IMG/VR virus record: IMGVR_UViG_3300028591_000104
Span: 1-64,000 of that record
DNA: 64,000 nucleotides
Strand: one strand, 5' to 3'
Source: a virus
Taxonomy: Duplodnaviria; Caudoviricetes
The position numbers were made by a program, and so were the translations under genes. The first letter of the stretch is position 1. Each line of letters starts with the position of its first letter. Below are positions 39,515 to 48,134 of the stretch, piece after piece. The notes beneath the pieces are model-generated. The model was not told where the DNA came from, made no database searches, and saw only the letters and a program-made list of their open reading frames with translations.

Positions 39515-39591
39515 GAGGGTATAACTCAGTTGGCTAGAGTAACGGTCTTTTAAACCGTAGGTCGTGGGTTCAAGTCCCACTACCCTCACCA
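39515..39591 (+). tRNA. tRNA-Lys(UUU)
   Basis: Canonical cloverleaf flanked by an 11-bp inverted repeat. Confidence 0.92.
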
Positions 39592-39616
39592 AAATATACT
39601 TCAAAGGAGATAGATT

Positions 39617-40357
39617 ATGAATAGTAAAAACAAAGGTAATATTGGAGAATCTCAAGCTTTAGCTGAATTTACGAAAAGAGGAATACAAGTTTCTATTCCT
39701 TTTGGAGATAATGCTAGATATGATTTAATAGCAGACTTCAACGGAAAATTAAATAAAATTCAAGTAAAATAGTGTAATCAACAAATAGTAAATGGTTCTA
39801 TTAGTTGTCCTTGTGCTAGTAGTACAAATCATACTACAAATAAGCATTATGATACTTATAAAAATGATATTGATTATTTTGTATTTTATTTAGTTGAATG
39901 GGATGACATTATTATTGTTCCTATTGAAGAAATAGGAGATAAAAAAGCAATCTGTTTTAGAAAATCAATACCTGTTTCGAGTCAAAATTATCATTTAGTA
40001 CAAGATTATACTTTTTCTAAATTTTTTGATGATAAAAAAGAAGAAATAGAAGAAAATCCAATTATTGCTCTAAAAAAAATTACAGATAAAAAGAATTATT
40101 GTATAGATTGTAACACTCCCATTACTAAAGGGGCTGTAAGATGTATGAGCTGTGCCGCAAAATTGCGACCTAGGAAAGTTGAAAGACCGACAAGAGAAGA
40201 ATTAAAACAGTTAATTCGTCATGTTCCATTTGTCAAATTAGCTGAACAATATGGAGTAAGTGATAAAGCAATAGCAAAATGGTGTATAGCAGAAAATTTA
40301 CCATCTAGAAAAAAAGATATTTTACTTTACTCTGATGAAGAATGGGATAAAATTTAA
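39617..40357 (+). CDS. PD-(D/E)XK homing endonuclease with C-terminal Zn finger and HTH, TAG at 39770
   Basis: AAGGAG RBS; KGNIGE..VSIPFGDNARYD..KIQVK*C; in frame with the 40145 ORF. Confidence 0.82.
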
Positions 40358-40461
40358 CTTTTTATAGCCTTCCAAATGGAAGGCTATAATTATAAAAATA
40401 ATTGTTTTTTAAAAAAATAAATGATATAATATATATAGAAAATAAAAAGAAGGTGATGTTA

Positions 40462-41223
40462 ATGATTTTCGTAACTGGAGATACACACGGAACAATTGAT
40501 TTAGATAAAGTTACTACTTATTTAAATAACTCTCCAAAAGCATCAAAGATAGATTATCTTATCGTTTTGGGAGATTTTGGTGCATGTTTTTATGGTAAGC
40601 CAGAGCCGGGAACTAAGTGGCATTATGTATTAGAGGCTAGAGGTTTACTTGATGCAGATGAAAAGACTTTAGATAAGTGGAAGAGTTTCCCCTGGACTAC
40701 TCTTTTTATTGATGGCAACCACGAAAATCATAATGTTCTTGATAGCTATCCGGTTAGTGAGTGGAATGGTGGTAAGGTTCACTTCCTCGCAGATAATGTA
40801 ATTCACCTTATGCGTGGTCAGGTCTTTACTATTGAAGGTAAAACTTTCTTCACTATGGGAGGAGCAGAATCTACTGATAGAATATATAGGATAGAAAATC
40901 AAACTTGGTGGGCAAGAGAAATGCCATCTGACCAAGAGTATAAAGAAGCTGTAGCCAATCTTGAAAAAAATGATTTTAAGGTAGACTATATTCTTACTCA
41001 TTGCGCACCCGAGGGTTACATCTATCGTAACTCAGTTTATGTTTATAATAGAAGTCCAAATCGACTAGTTAATTTCTTTTATCATTTGTTAGATGGTATG
41101 GAAATTGAGTTTAAACACTGGTATTTTGGTCATTACCATGGCGATGAAGACATTTGCGGATTTGGAGAAGAAGAACCTCGGTTCCATTTAAGATACAGAA
41201 GAATAGAAGAGATAAAGGAGTAA
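40462..41223 (+). CDS. calcineurin-like metallophosphoesterase
   Basis: GDTHG, LGDFG, GNHE, LTH, GHYH. Confidence 0.9.
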   Translation: MIFVTGDTHGTIDLDKVTTYLNNSPKASKIDYLIVLGDFGACFYGKPEPGTKWHYVLEARGLLDADEKTLDKWKSFPWTTLFIDGNHENHNVLDSYPVSEWNGGKVHFLADNVIHLMRGQVFTIEGKTFFTMGGAESTDRIYRIENQTWWAREMPSDQEYKEAVANLEKNDFKVDYILTHCAPEGYIYRNSVYVYNRSPNRLVNFFYHLLDGMEIEFKHWYFGHYHGDEDICGFGEEEPRFHLRYRRIEEIKE

Positions 41224-41227
41224 TATA

Positions 41228-41590
41228 ATGCGTAGAGTTTACGATGATAGTAAGTATAATGAAGTGGCGGCAGTGGTCAATGGAGTGATTCAAACCATTA
41301 ATCCTAATCAAGTATCTGAATATAGTTGGGGTACCAATAGAGCAAATGGTAGTCTTATTCGTAATGAAATCTTAAATAAGACAAGTTATATTAAGTTTGG
41401 TCGTAACGTAAATAATACAGGTATTGGTAATAATGCTTGCTATGAACTAATTTATACGGGTAACGACCAAGAAGAACAGATAGTAGGATTGTTCCATTGT
41501 ACTGATGATATGTATGGTGGACAGTGTTGCTGGGTAAGTGATATTGATGGCGGCAGATGCACTAAGGGTAGAACCATAAGACCAAGATGA
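41228..41590 (+). CDS. hypothetical protein
   Basis: AAGGAG RBS. Confidence 0.7.
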   Translation: MRRVYDDSKYNEVAAVVNGVIQTINPNQVSEYSWGTNRANGSLIRNEILNKTSYIKFGRNVNNTGIGNNACYELIYTGNDQEEQIVGLFHCTDDMYGGQCCWVSDIDGGRCTKGRTIRPR

Positions 41591-42093
41591 TTAAAGTATA
41601 TACAAGTTATTTTTACCAGATTAGGAATATGCGGCCGGAGGACCTTGCGTTCTCCACGGCACTTGGAGACCCCGCGTGGTACCATGACTTCACAAATGAT
41701 AAACAGTATAAGTTTATAGACAAAAGGGGAGTTTTGAATGGGTTACGGGCAGAACCTTTCTGCCCACGACTAGAGTTGCGGCCGGAGGCTCAGTGCCGGG
41801 GAACGACCGGCTGTCCGCATCTCCTATCTAATTTACCTTGGTATTGTGATTTCCTATTGGAATATGAAAAGAAACTTAAACTCCTCAATCCGCAGGAGAT
41901 AGAACAACGATTTCTCCGAGTAGGAGAATCTTGGCAAAACTTTAATAACAAAGAAATGGATATTACTTATATCCTATTGGTACACGAAGCTCCGAACAAC
42001 CCTTGTAGTGAAAGAGTTATGTTACGACGCTGGTTAAAAGAGAACGGCTTTGGAGGTGAAGAATGGCAAAAGGAAACATCCATAAAAAAATGA
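41587..42093 (+). CDS. DUF488-like protein
   Basis: YTSYF..P-x-WY..LVHEAPNNPCSER..L..W. Confidence 0.6.
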   Translation: MIKVYTSYFYQIRNMRPEDLAFSTALGDPAWYHDFTNDKQYKFIDKRGVLNGLRAEPFCPRLELRPEAQCRGTTGCPHLLSNLPWYCDFLLEYEKKLKLLNPQEIEQRFLRVGESWQNFNNKEMDITYILLVHEAPNNPCSERVMLRRWLKENGFGGEEWQKETSIKK

Positions 42094-42310
42094 CTTATGA
42101 AGATAAGTTTGACCGTCACTATGCCTGTTGGGTGAAGAATAACCGCAAGGCCTGGCACTTTTGGAAGAGACGAACTCGTAAACAGTTTAGAATACTCCAA
42201 AAAGAAGAAATAAAGAAAGTATTAAGTGAAGAAGAATCCTAATCTTTTCTTGTTTTTTTAAAAATTTTATGTTATAATATATATGTAAAAAAGATAAGGG
42301 AGTAGATATT

Positions 42311-42598
42311 ATGAAGAAAGTTTATGTGCTTACAATGAGTAAAGACACAGTTGTTTGTGTAGCTGATTCTCTTAAAGTAATAGAAGATTATCTTAAATTT
42401 GACTGTAAGTCGATGGGTACAATTAGTACAGATTTGTTTCAGTACAATTATGAAGATGATTTTAATGGATTTTTAATTTATCAAGTTAGGGCTTTTAATA
42501 AAAATAGTAACAAGTTTACTGACTTTTTTGATTATAAACTTCATGTCGGTTTCATGAATGTTGTAGACCCTACGGAATTAGATTATACGCCTTATTAA
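42311..42598 (+). CDS. hypothetical protein
   Basis: Promoter and RBS. Confidence 0.65.
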   Translation: MKKVYVLTMSKDTVVCVADSLKVIEDYLKFDCKSMGTISTDLFQYNYEDDFNGFLIYQVRAFNKNSNKFTDFFDYKLHVGFMNVVDPTELDYTPY

Positions 42599-42606
42599 AT
42601 TAAGTC

Positions 42607-42697
42607 CGGGCGGTATGCAAGTGGTCAAAGTACGCGGACTCTAACTCCGATGCCAGTAGCTAAGGCTTCGCAGGTTCGAATCCTGCCCGCCCGACCA
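42607..42697 (+). tRNA. amber suppressor tRNA (CUA) with a tRNA-Tyr-like body
   Basis: Loop CT-CTA-AC (CTA at 42641-42643), GCGGA/TCCG stem, AAGTGGTCAAA D-loop, variable arm ending TTC, C1-G72, A73, CCA. Confidence 0.92.
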
Positions 42698-42700
42698 TAT

Positions 42701-42775
42701 GCTACTGAACCTCGTCGGCCGGGGGAGGCGCCGCAACCGCCTCGTTAGTTGGTTCGACTCCAACCGGTAGCTCCA
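42701..42775 (+). tRNA. tRNA-Cys(GCA), C33
   Basis: Loop CC-GCA-AC, U73, CCA. Confidence 0.8.
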
Positions 42776-42986
42776 TAGAAGTGAGAATTAAATTATGCGT
42801 TAAAGGATAGCCTTTGGATTGACTGGGACTCCACGCTCATAGGAGGTAGAGTAGCAGTCATTAGTTAACAGTTTCGATGCCGAGCGCAGGGTGCATAAGC
42901 TGTCTTTTTAAAACTAACCACATCTTGTTTTATTAAAAATTTTATGTTATAATATATATGTAAAAAAGAGAAAGGAAAAGAAATAA

Positions 42987-43193
42987 ATGCTTTTTAAGTA
43001 TGTGATACAATATGAACTTGATGGTACTATTGGAATAGAAAATGGTATCATTGGAGCATCTAGCTGGAAAACTGCTTGTGAGCGTCTTATTCAGTACTTT
43101 GGTGAAGAGCATATTGTAGAAATCAAAAGCATTTATGAATTAGAAAATCCTTTATGTGATGGAGACCTTAAAGATATTTTTGAAAAGGAGTGA
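42987..43193 (+). CDS. hypothetical protein, paralog of 33087
   Basis: Promoter, RBS, similarity. Confidence 0.65.
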   Translation: MLFKYVIQYELDGTIGIENGIIGASSWKTACERLIQYFGEEHIVEIKSIYELENPLCDGDLKDIFEKE

Positions 43194-43639
43194 TGATTAT
43201 GTCAAGTTATGTGTGCTTTTATGTTGAGAAGAATGGTGTTTATATTCCTCTGACAGATTACAGCAGAAGCAATCCTATGTATCAGGCAGCTGAATATAAG
43301 GTTCCTTATGAGGATGGTGTAAAGCTTGACGAGAAGGTTTATCACGCCATCAAAGAAGAGTTTGAGGAAATGATTGCTCGTTACGAGAAGAGCCTTAAAA
43401 GATATGAGCATGACATTGAGTTCACTCGTAAGGTAGAAGGTATTACTCTTAAAGAGAAACTTGATGCAGTAGAAGAGTATAACTCTTTTATTGAGGAAGT
43501 AAGTGAGGAACTTGAGATGGCTAAGGCTCAGCTTAATCATCTTAACTTTATGTATCACAATATAGTTAAGTGGAATTGCGGAGAAAATAATGTTTGGGTT
43601 GGAATTGAATGGAATCCAAACTATAAGGAAGAGGATTAA
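43190..43639 (+). CDS. hypothetical coiled-coil protein
   Basis: AAGGAG RBS. Confidence 0.75.
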   Translation: MMIMSSYVCFYVEKNGVYIPLTDYSRSNPMYQAAEYKVPYEDGVKLDEKVYHAIKEEFEEMIARYEKSLKRYEHDIEFTRKVEGITLKEKLDAVEEYNSFIEEVSEELEMAKAQLNHLNFMYHNIVKWNCGENNVWVGIEWNPNYKEED

Positions 43640-43820
43640 TTGAAAATTTAAAAATTTTATGTTATAATATATATATAAAAGATTGGGTATTACTGAGAGC
43701 TGGGTCACACCCTGGGTAGCGGCGGTCCCGCAAGGAAAGAAGTTGGTTGTCCAACCCTTCGCTGCGAATGTAAGATTCTCCTATAATACTCCCTATGGGC
43801 AACACATAGGTTTTTTAAAT

Positions 43821-43894
43821 GACGCGGGGGTCTGAAAGTACGACACTACCCTCTCAAGGTAGAGAATCCAGGGCAGTACTGGGGCGCGCCACCA
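43821..43894 (+). tRNA. degenerate tRNA-Glu(CUC)
   Basis: CTACC-CTCTCAA-GGTAG arm and ACCA; acceptor and T-arm imperfect. Confidence 0.55.
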
Positions 43895-44157
43895 ATGGAG
43901 GTTCACATCCTTTCCTCAAGCCAGCAAAGGGATGCGGGCTTTACCACCGTAATAATGGTAAACGCTAGGTATTGGCGAGATGATACCTCCCGACGCCGTT
44001 CTGGGATAGAGTGCCATGGCTCAGCTATTGAGGATTGATAGCGGTATGTTTGTCAAGATTTACGACCTTAACACAAGTCTTGGGTAGGCTCTTAACCTAA
44101 GAGAGCAGGAGCAGTCCTCCCCTGTGAGCTGGTGGTGCGGCATGGACATTTTAATAT

Positions 44158-44232
44158 ACCGGGGAGGGTGTTGGTTCCCAAACGAGTCTCATAAACTCGG
44201 TCACGACAGTTCAATTCTGTTCCCCGGAACCA
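44158..44232 (+). tRNA. tRNA with CAU anticodon (Met/fMet-like, 1-72 mismatch)
   Basis: CGAGT-CTCATAA-ACTCG, T-arm, ACCA. Confidence 0.75.
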
Positions 44233-44355
44233 AATGCATCATAGGGAAAGTTTCGTAACCCCTATGTAAAAACCTGAGGATAAGGTCTTAAGCGAAACGA
44301 AACCGTTTAAGAATAGTGTAGGTCTGTAGTCCAGGTGTAGAGGCAGACGAAAAAG

Positions 44356-44427
44356 CGGGATATGGTCTAGAGGGCTAAGACGCCGGCGCGGAGCCGGAGA
44401 CGTGAGGTTCGAATCCCACTATTCTGC
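44356..44427 (+). tRNA. atypical tRNA-Pro(CGG) or tRNA pseudogene
   Basis: C1-G72 acceptor, loop CG-CGG-AG, bulged T-stem, no encoded CCA. Confidence 0.5.
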
Positions 44428-44487
44428 AATTATTGTTTTCTAAGAAGTCTCCGGCTTATAAATTCCGCTACACATTTTTTAATAAAA

Positions 44488-44718
44488 ACGACACATGCAG
44501 CAATTTTTACATGATTGATAATCAGAGAAACCGCTCATTTCTTTTTATGTCGTGTCGTGTATTTAAACCGAAAGACCCTTACAGCAACTTATTTAGGAAA
44601 ATTATTAAATTTAGCTGGATAATGTTCACAAACAGGGTCTTGTATTTTTTAGAAAGACGCACTCAGCAACTCTTGAAAATGTCTGCAATTTGGTATGTTG
44701 ATGAAAAAACGCGTCTTG
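44488..44718 (+). repeat. three tandem small structured RNA units (7-bp stem, N3-CAGCAA, variable loop, stem, G)
   Basis: Units 44488-44559, 44572-44642, 44654-44718 with compensatory stem changes. Confidence 0.75.
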
Positions 44719-44735
44719 GAAAGGAGAAAAAGGAT

Positions 44736-46277
44736 ATGGATTTTTATGGTATGATGAAGAATGGTGCAACTCAGAGAACAGAGAATGGGGCAGTAGGTTA
44801 CGTGACCTCCAAGTCCGCCCTTGTCGATCTTAACTTTGCTACTGGGTCTATGCGTAATATGTCTGAGGACGAAATCGTTGATAGATTCTGGAATGCTTGG
44901 AACGAGGACCAGGTTCTAGCTTTGCGTTGGCTTTTCTTCGCAAGAGATATTCGTAATGGTGGTATGGGAGAGCGTAGAACTTTCCGTACTATTCTTGGGG
45001 ATTTAGTCTACAATGATATAATCCCTTCTGATAAGTATTTCTCTCTCTATAAGTTGATTGAAAAGTATGGAAGGCTTGATGACTTTATCAATCTTATTGA
45101 TATTGTCACAGGTGAGCAGAAGGAAGCTCTTGTTGAGGTTCTTTCTATGGGTCTTGCAGCTGATACTGTAGCTATGCTTCAGAAGAAGCCTGTTACTCTG
45201 TTGGCTAAATGGATGCCCTCTATCAATACTTCCTCAAAGGAAACAAAAGCTCGTGCTGCTAAGTTAGCTCAGGCTTTCCATATCACACATAGAGAGTATC
45301 GTATGATGTTGTCTAAGCTTCGTGCTTATATTGACGTAACTGAAGTTAGAGCTTCGGCTAATGATTGGGATAAGATTGACTATTCAAAGGTTCCTTCTTA
45401 TGCTAATATTAGATTTGCTAATGCTTTCTTGAAGCATGACCAGGAGAGAAGAGAAAAGTATCTTGAATCCTTGAAGAAGGGCGAGACTAAGATTAACGCT
45501 GGAACTTTGTTCCCTTATAACATTGTTCATAAATATGGTGGTCATTATTTCTGGTCACGCATTTCTTCTGTAGATGATACTCTTGAGCAGCTTTGGAAGG
45601 CTTTGCCTGACTATGAACTTAGAAATACTCTTGTAGTAGCTGATGGTTCTGGTTCAATGAGAACTCGAATTAGTGGCGGTTCTGAAGTGACTGCTCTTGA
45701 AGTAGCTAACTCTATTGCCATCTATGCTTCAGAGCACAATGAAGGTGTATTTGCGGATAAGTACATTACATTCTCAGGACACCCTGAGTTTGTAGAGTTC
45801 AGACGCCAAGACACTCTTCACAAGAAGCTTAATAAGGCTTATGAACACGATGAGTGCGCAAACACCAACATCGAGGCCGTATTTGAGCTTATCCTTCATA
45901 CAGCAGTACACAACAATGTACCTGCCAATGAGATGCCTGAGAGAATCCTTATTATCTCTGATATGGAGTTCGACGATGCAACTCATGGCAAAGGTTGGTG
46001 GGATAATGGAAACTGGAAGGCTCCTGATAAGGCGCTTTTCGAGGAAATCGCTGAAGCATATGCCGATAGAGGATATAAGCTTCCTAAGCTCGTATTCTGG
46101 AACGTATGCTCTAGAACTAACACAATCCCCGTACAGGAGAATGAGTTAGGTGTAGCACTCGTATCCGGTTTCTCACCCGCTATCTTTGATATGGTGATGA
46201 GCGATGAAGTAGACCCCTATAAGATCCTCGTAGCTAAGCTTGAGGGTTATAAGGATGCTGATAAGCTCCTTAATTAA
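44736..46277 (+). CDS. DUF2828-family (TROVE/Ro60-like plus vWA) protein
   Basis: TENGA, ARDIR..GMGER, YGR-x-DD, AKWMPS, YSKVPS, MIDAS DGSGSM, SDMEFD; AAGGAG RBS before ATG 44736. Confidence 0.85.
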   Translation: MDFYGMMKNGATQRTENGAVGYVTSKSALVDLNFATGSMRNMSEDEIVDRFWNAWNEDQVLALRWLFFARDIRNGGMGERRTFRTILGDLVYNDIIPSDKYFSLYKLIEKYGRLDDFINLIDIVTGEQKEALVEVLSMGLAADTVAMLQKKPVTLLAKWMPSINTSSKETKARAAKLAQAFHITHREYRMMLSKLRAYIDVTEVRASANDWDKIDYSKVPSYANIRFANAFLKHDQERREKYLESLKKGETKINAGTLFPYNIVHKYGGHYFWSRISSVDDTLEQLWKALPDYELRNTLVVADGSGSMRTRISGGSEVTALEVANSIAIYASEHNEGVFADKYITFSGHPEFVEFRRQDTLHKKLNKAYEHDECANTNIEAVFELILHTAVHNNVPANEMPERILIISDMEFDDATHGKGWWDNGNWKAPDKALFEEIAEAYADRGYKLPKLVFWNVCSRTNTIPVQENELGVALVSGFSPAIFDMVMSDEVDPYKILVAKLEGYKDADKLLN

Positions 46278-46344
46278 AATCAAAAAAGACTTACTCAAGG
46301 GAAGTCTCCTTGAAAGAGGTTCTAAACCCTTGAACATAATATAC

Positions 46345-46435
46345 GGACAGATACCCAAGTCTGGTTGAAGGGGACGGTTTGCTAAATCGTTAGGTCGGAG
46401 ACGGCGCGTGGGTTCGAAGCCCACTCTGTCCGCCA
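46345..46435 (+). tRNA. tRNA-Ser(GCU)
   Basis: Loop TT-GCT-AA, long variable arm, G73. Confidence 0.9.
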
Positions 46436-46442
46436 ATAGCAT

Positions 46443-46518
46443 GTGGTTGCTGGTGTAACGGCTAACACGACGGTCCGTGGCACCGTTGATCTCAGTTCGA
46501 TTCTGAGGCTTCCACCCA
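46443..46518 (+). tRNA. tRNA-His(GUG), C33
   Basis: G-1/C73, loop CC-GTG-GC; two acceptor mismatches. Confidence 0.8.
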
Positions 46519-46523
46519 AATAA

Positions 46524-46594
46524 CCGGGTGTCGTATAAAGGTAGTATTCGAGTTTTGGGTACTTGAGGTAGAGGTTCGATTCCTCTCACTCGGA
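46524..46594 (+). tRNA. tRNA-Pro(UGG)
   Basis: C1-G72, A73, loop TT-TGG-GT; CCA not encoded. Confidence 0.82.
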
Positions 46595-46655
46595 GGTTGT
46601 CAAAGAAGATTACCTGCACGTGGTGACAACTGCTTTTACTAAAAATCTTCAATAA

Positions 46656-46745
46656 GCTGAGGTGCCGAAGTGGACATAACGGCGTAGACTTGAAATCTTC
46701 TGTGACCGCAAGGTCCCGTGGGTTCGAATCCCACCCTCAGTGCCA
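46656..46745 (+). tRNA. tRNA-Ser(UGA)
   Basis: Loop CT-TGA-AA, long variable arm, G73, CCA. Confidence 0.88.
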
Positions 46746-46814
46746 ACCTCTCCAATAGAGAGGAATATTTTATAGAAAGGCGTAAGATTAGGATAAACGC
46801 CGAAGGAGGAAATT

Positions 46815-47102
46815 ATGAAGTACTTTAGTACAGAAACAAAGAAGGTTTATGACACGGTAGAAGAGCTTGAGGCTGCTGAAAAAAAGGCGCTTGAAGTTAA
46901 GGATGCCCGTAAGGTCGAAGCAGAAAAGGTTGAAAAGGCTTATACTGCTATGAAGGAAGCCAAGAAGGCTTACGAAGTAGCAACTCATGATTACCAAAAG
47001 GCATTGAGTGAGTTTTGCGATAAGTATGGTACTTATAAGACTGCACTGCGGCCGGGGGAGATGTTCGACATAGACCCATTCTTTAAGTTTTTTTACTTCT
47101 AA
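46815..47102 (+). CDS. hypothetical coiled-coil protein
   Basis: AAGGAGG RBS, high-expression codons. Confidence 0.75.
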   Translation: MKYFSTETKKVYDTVEELEAAEKKALEVKDARKVEAEKVEKAYTAMKEAKKAYEVATHDYQKALSEFCDKYGTYKTALRPGEMFDIDPFFKFFYF

Positions 47103-47242
47103 ATTCCATGCGGCCGGCCGGTTAATGCACTATGCACGAGCGGCTTGCCGCATCTTTTTATTTAACTTGTTTTTTATAAATTTTTATGATATAATATATA
47201 TGTAAAAAATAAAGGAAATAAATAAAAAAGGAAGTGATAATT

Positions 47243-47479
47243 ATGAAAGTATTTACAGTTTGGGAATGTGATGATTTAGTAGGAGTTTTTGATTCTTTAG
47301 AAAAAGCAAAAGATTGTATTGTAAAAATACTGATTCATGACGGCTGGAAAGAAGAAGAGATAGATTTTAATAACTTTGAAGATGATTCTACAGAATATTT
47401 TTCAAGAAGTTATCCTAAGCTTGATTTCGGGATATATGAATATGTATTGAATGGGATAAGACCATATTGGTTAAAATAA
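47243..47479 (+). CDS. hypothetical protein (VGVFDSLEKA family)
   Basis: Promoter and RBS; paralog of 47710. Confidence 0.65.
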   Translation: MKVFTVWECDDLVGVFDSLEKAKDCIVKILIHDGWKEEEIDFNNFEDDSTEYFSRSYPKLDFGIYEYVLNGIRPYWLK

Positions 47480-47510
47480 TATATATGTAAATAAAAAGGA
47501 AGTGATAACT

Positions 47511-47705
47511 ATGAAAGTTTTTAAAGTATTTACGAAAAATATGATGTCTGACTATTGGAAAATGACTATTTTGGCGCATGACTATACTGAAGCTATAAAT
47601 ATAGCTTTAGAGCATTGTAAAGAAAAAGACATTACCACAATCATAGACCTTACGGAAGATGCAGAACCGAGAATAATATGTCACGAAGATTATAAGTGGG
47701 GTTAA
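47511..47705 (+). CDS. hypothetical protein
   Basis: Leader duplicated from the previous gene (AAAAAGGAAGTGATAAxTATGAAAGT). Confidence 0.6.
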   Translation: MKVFKVFTKNMMSDYWKMTILAHDYTEAINIALEHCKEKDITTIIDLTEDAEPRIICHEDYKWG

Positions 47706-47709
47706 TTAA

Positions 47710-47952
47710 ATGAATATTTATGTAGTAACTGAAGATTTGTGCCCTCTTGGAGTATTTAATTCTATTGAAGCAGCTAATAATTATATTCTTAACCTTATAA
47801 GAGTAAGAGAAAAAGTATTGGATGTAACAATTTCTAAGGATTATATGGATTACAATGATGACCCTTATGTTCTTAGACATTATCTTGATAATTTTGCAGA
47901 TTATTATATTCGCCCTTTTATTCTTAATAAGCAAGATTTGGAAGAAGCATAA
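47710..47952 (+). CDS. hypothetical protein (LGVFNSIEAA family)
   Basis: Similar to 47243. Confidence 0.6.
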   Translation: MNIYVVTEDLCPLGVFNSIEAANNYILNLIRVREKVLDVTISKDYMDYNDDPYVLRHYLDNFADYYIRPFILNKQDLEEA

Positions 47953-47955
47953 TAA

Positions 47956-48031
47956 TGAGGACTAGCATAATTGGCAGTGCAACGGTTTCTGGTACCGTGG
48001 GTTCTGGGTTCAAATCCCAGGTCCTCATCCA
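47956..48031 (+). tRNA. tRNA-Gln(CUG)
   Basis: U1-A72, loop TT-CTG-GT, CCA. Confidence 0.88.
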
Positions 48032-48134
48032 TACCAACAACTGAGGGGAAGCCTACCGTCTGGGAGGAAAAATTCTCAGAGGATGAAACCTTAGAAAAGC
48101 AAGACGCGGAAAGTAGGTTGTTGGTTTTTAATAT

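Noticed and set aside
42607-42697. TAG=Gln (code 15) or pyrrolysine
   Set aside because: Motif positions require Tyr. The tRNA lacks U1-A72/G73 Gln features and the short variable loop and 6-bp anticodon stem of tRNA-Pyl. A few sites (50508, 55573, one in 21264-) are uninformative.
44250-44305. Hammerhead ribozyme (CTGAGGA...GAAA)
   Set aside because: Stem I cannot form and GAAA does not directly follow stem II; a kissing-loop fold fits better.
44236-44460. RNase P RNA (GGGAAAGT... and ...CGGCTTAT look-alikes)
   Set aside because: The P4-forming segments do not pair properly and the interval contains a tRNA-like gene.
44433-44735. N-terminal extension of the DUF2828 ORF given in the track
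   Set aside because: A strong RBS precedes ATG 44736, and the upstream part is occupied by the structured CAGCAA repeats.
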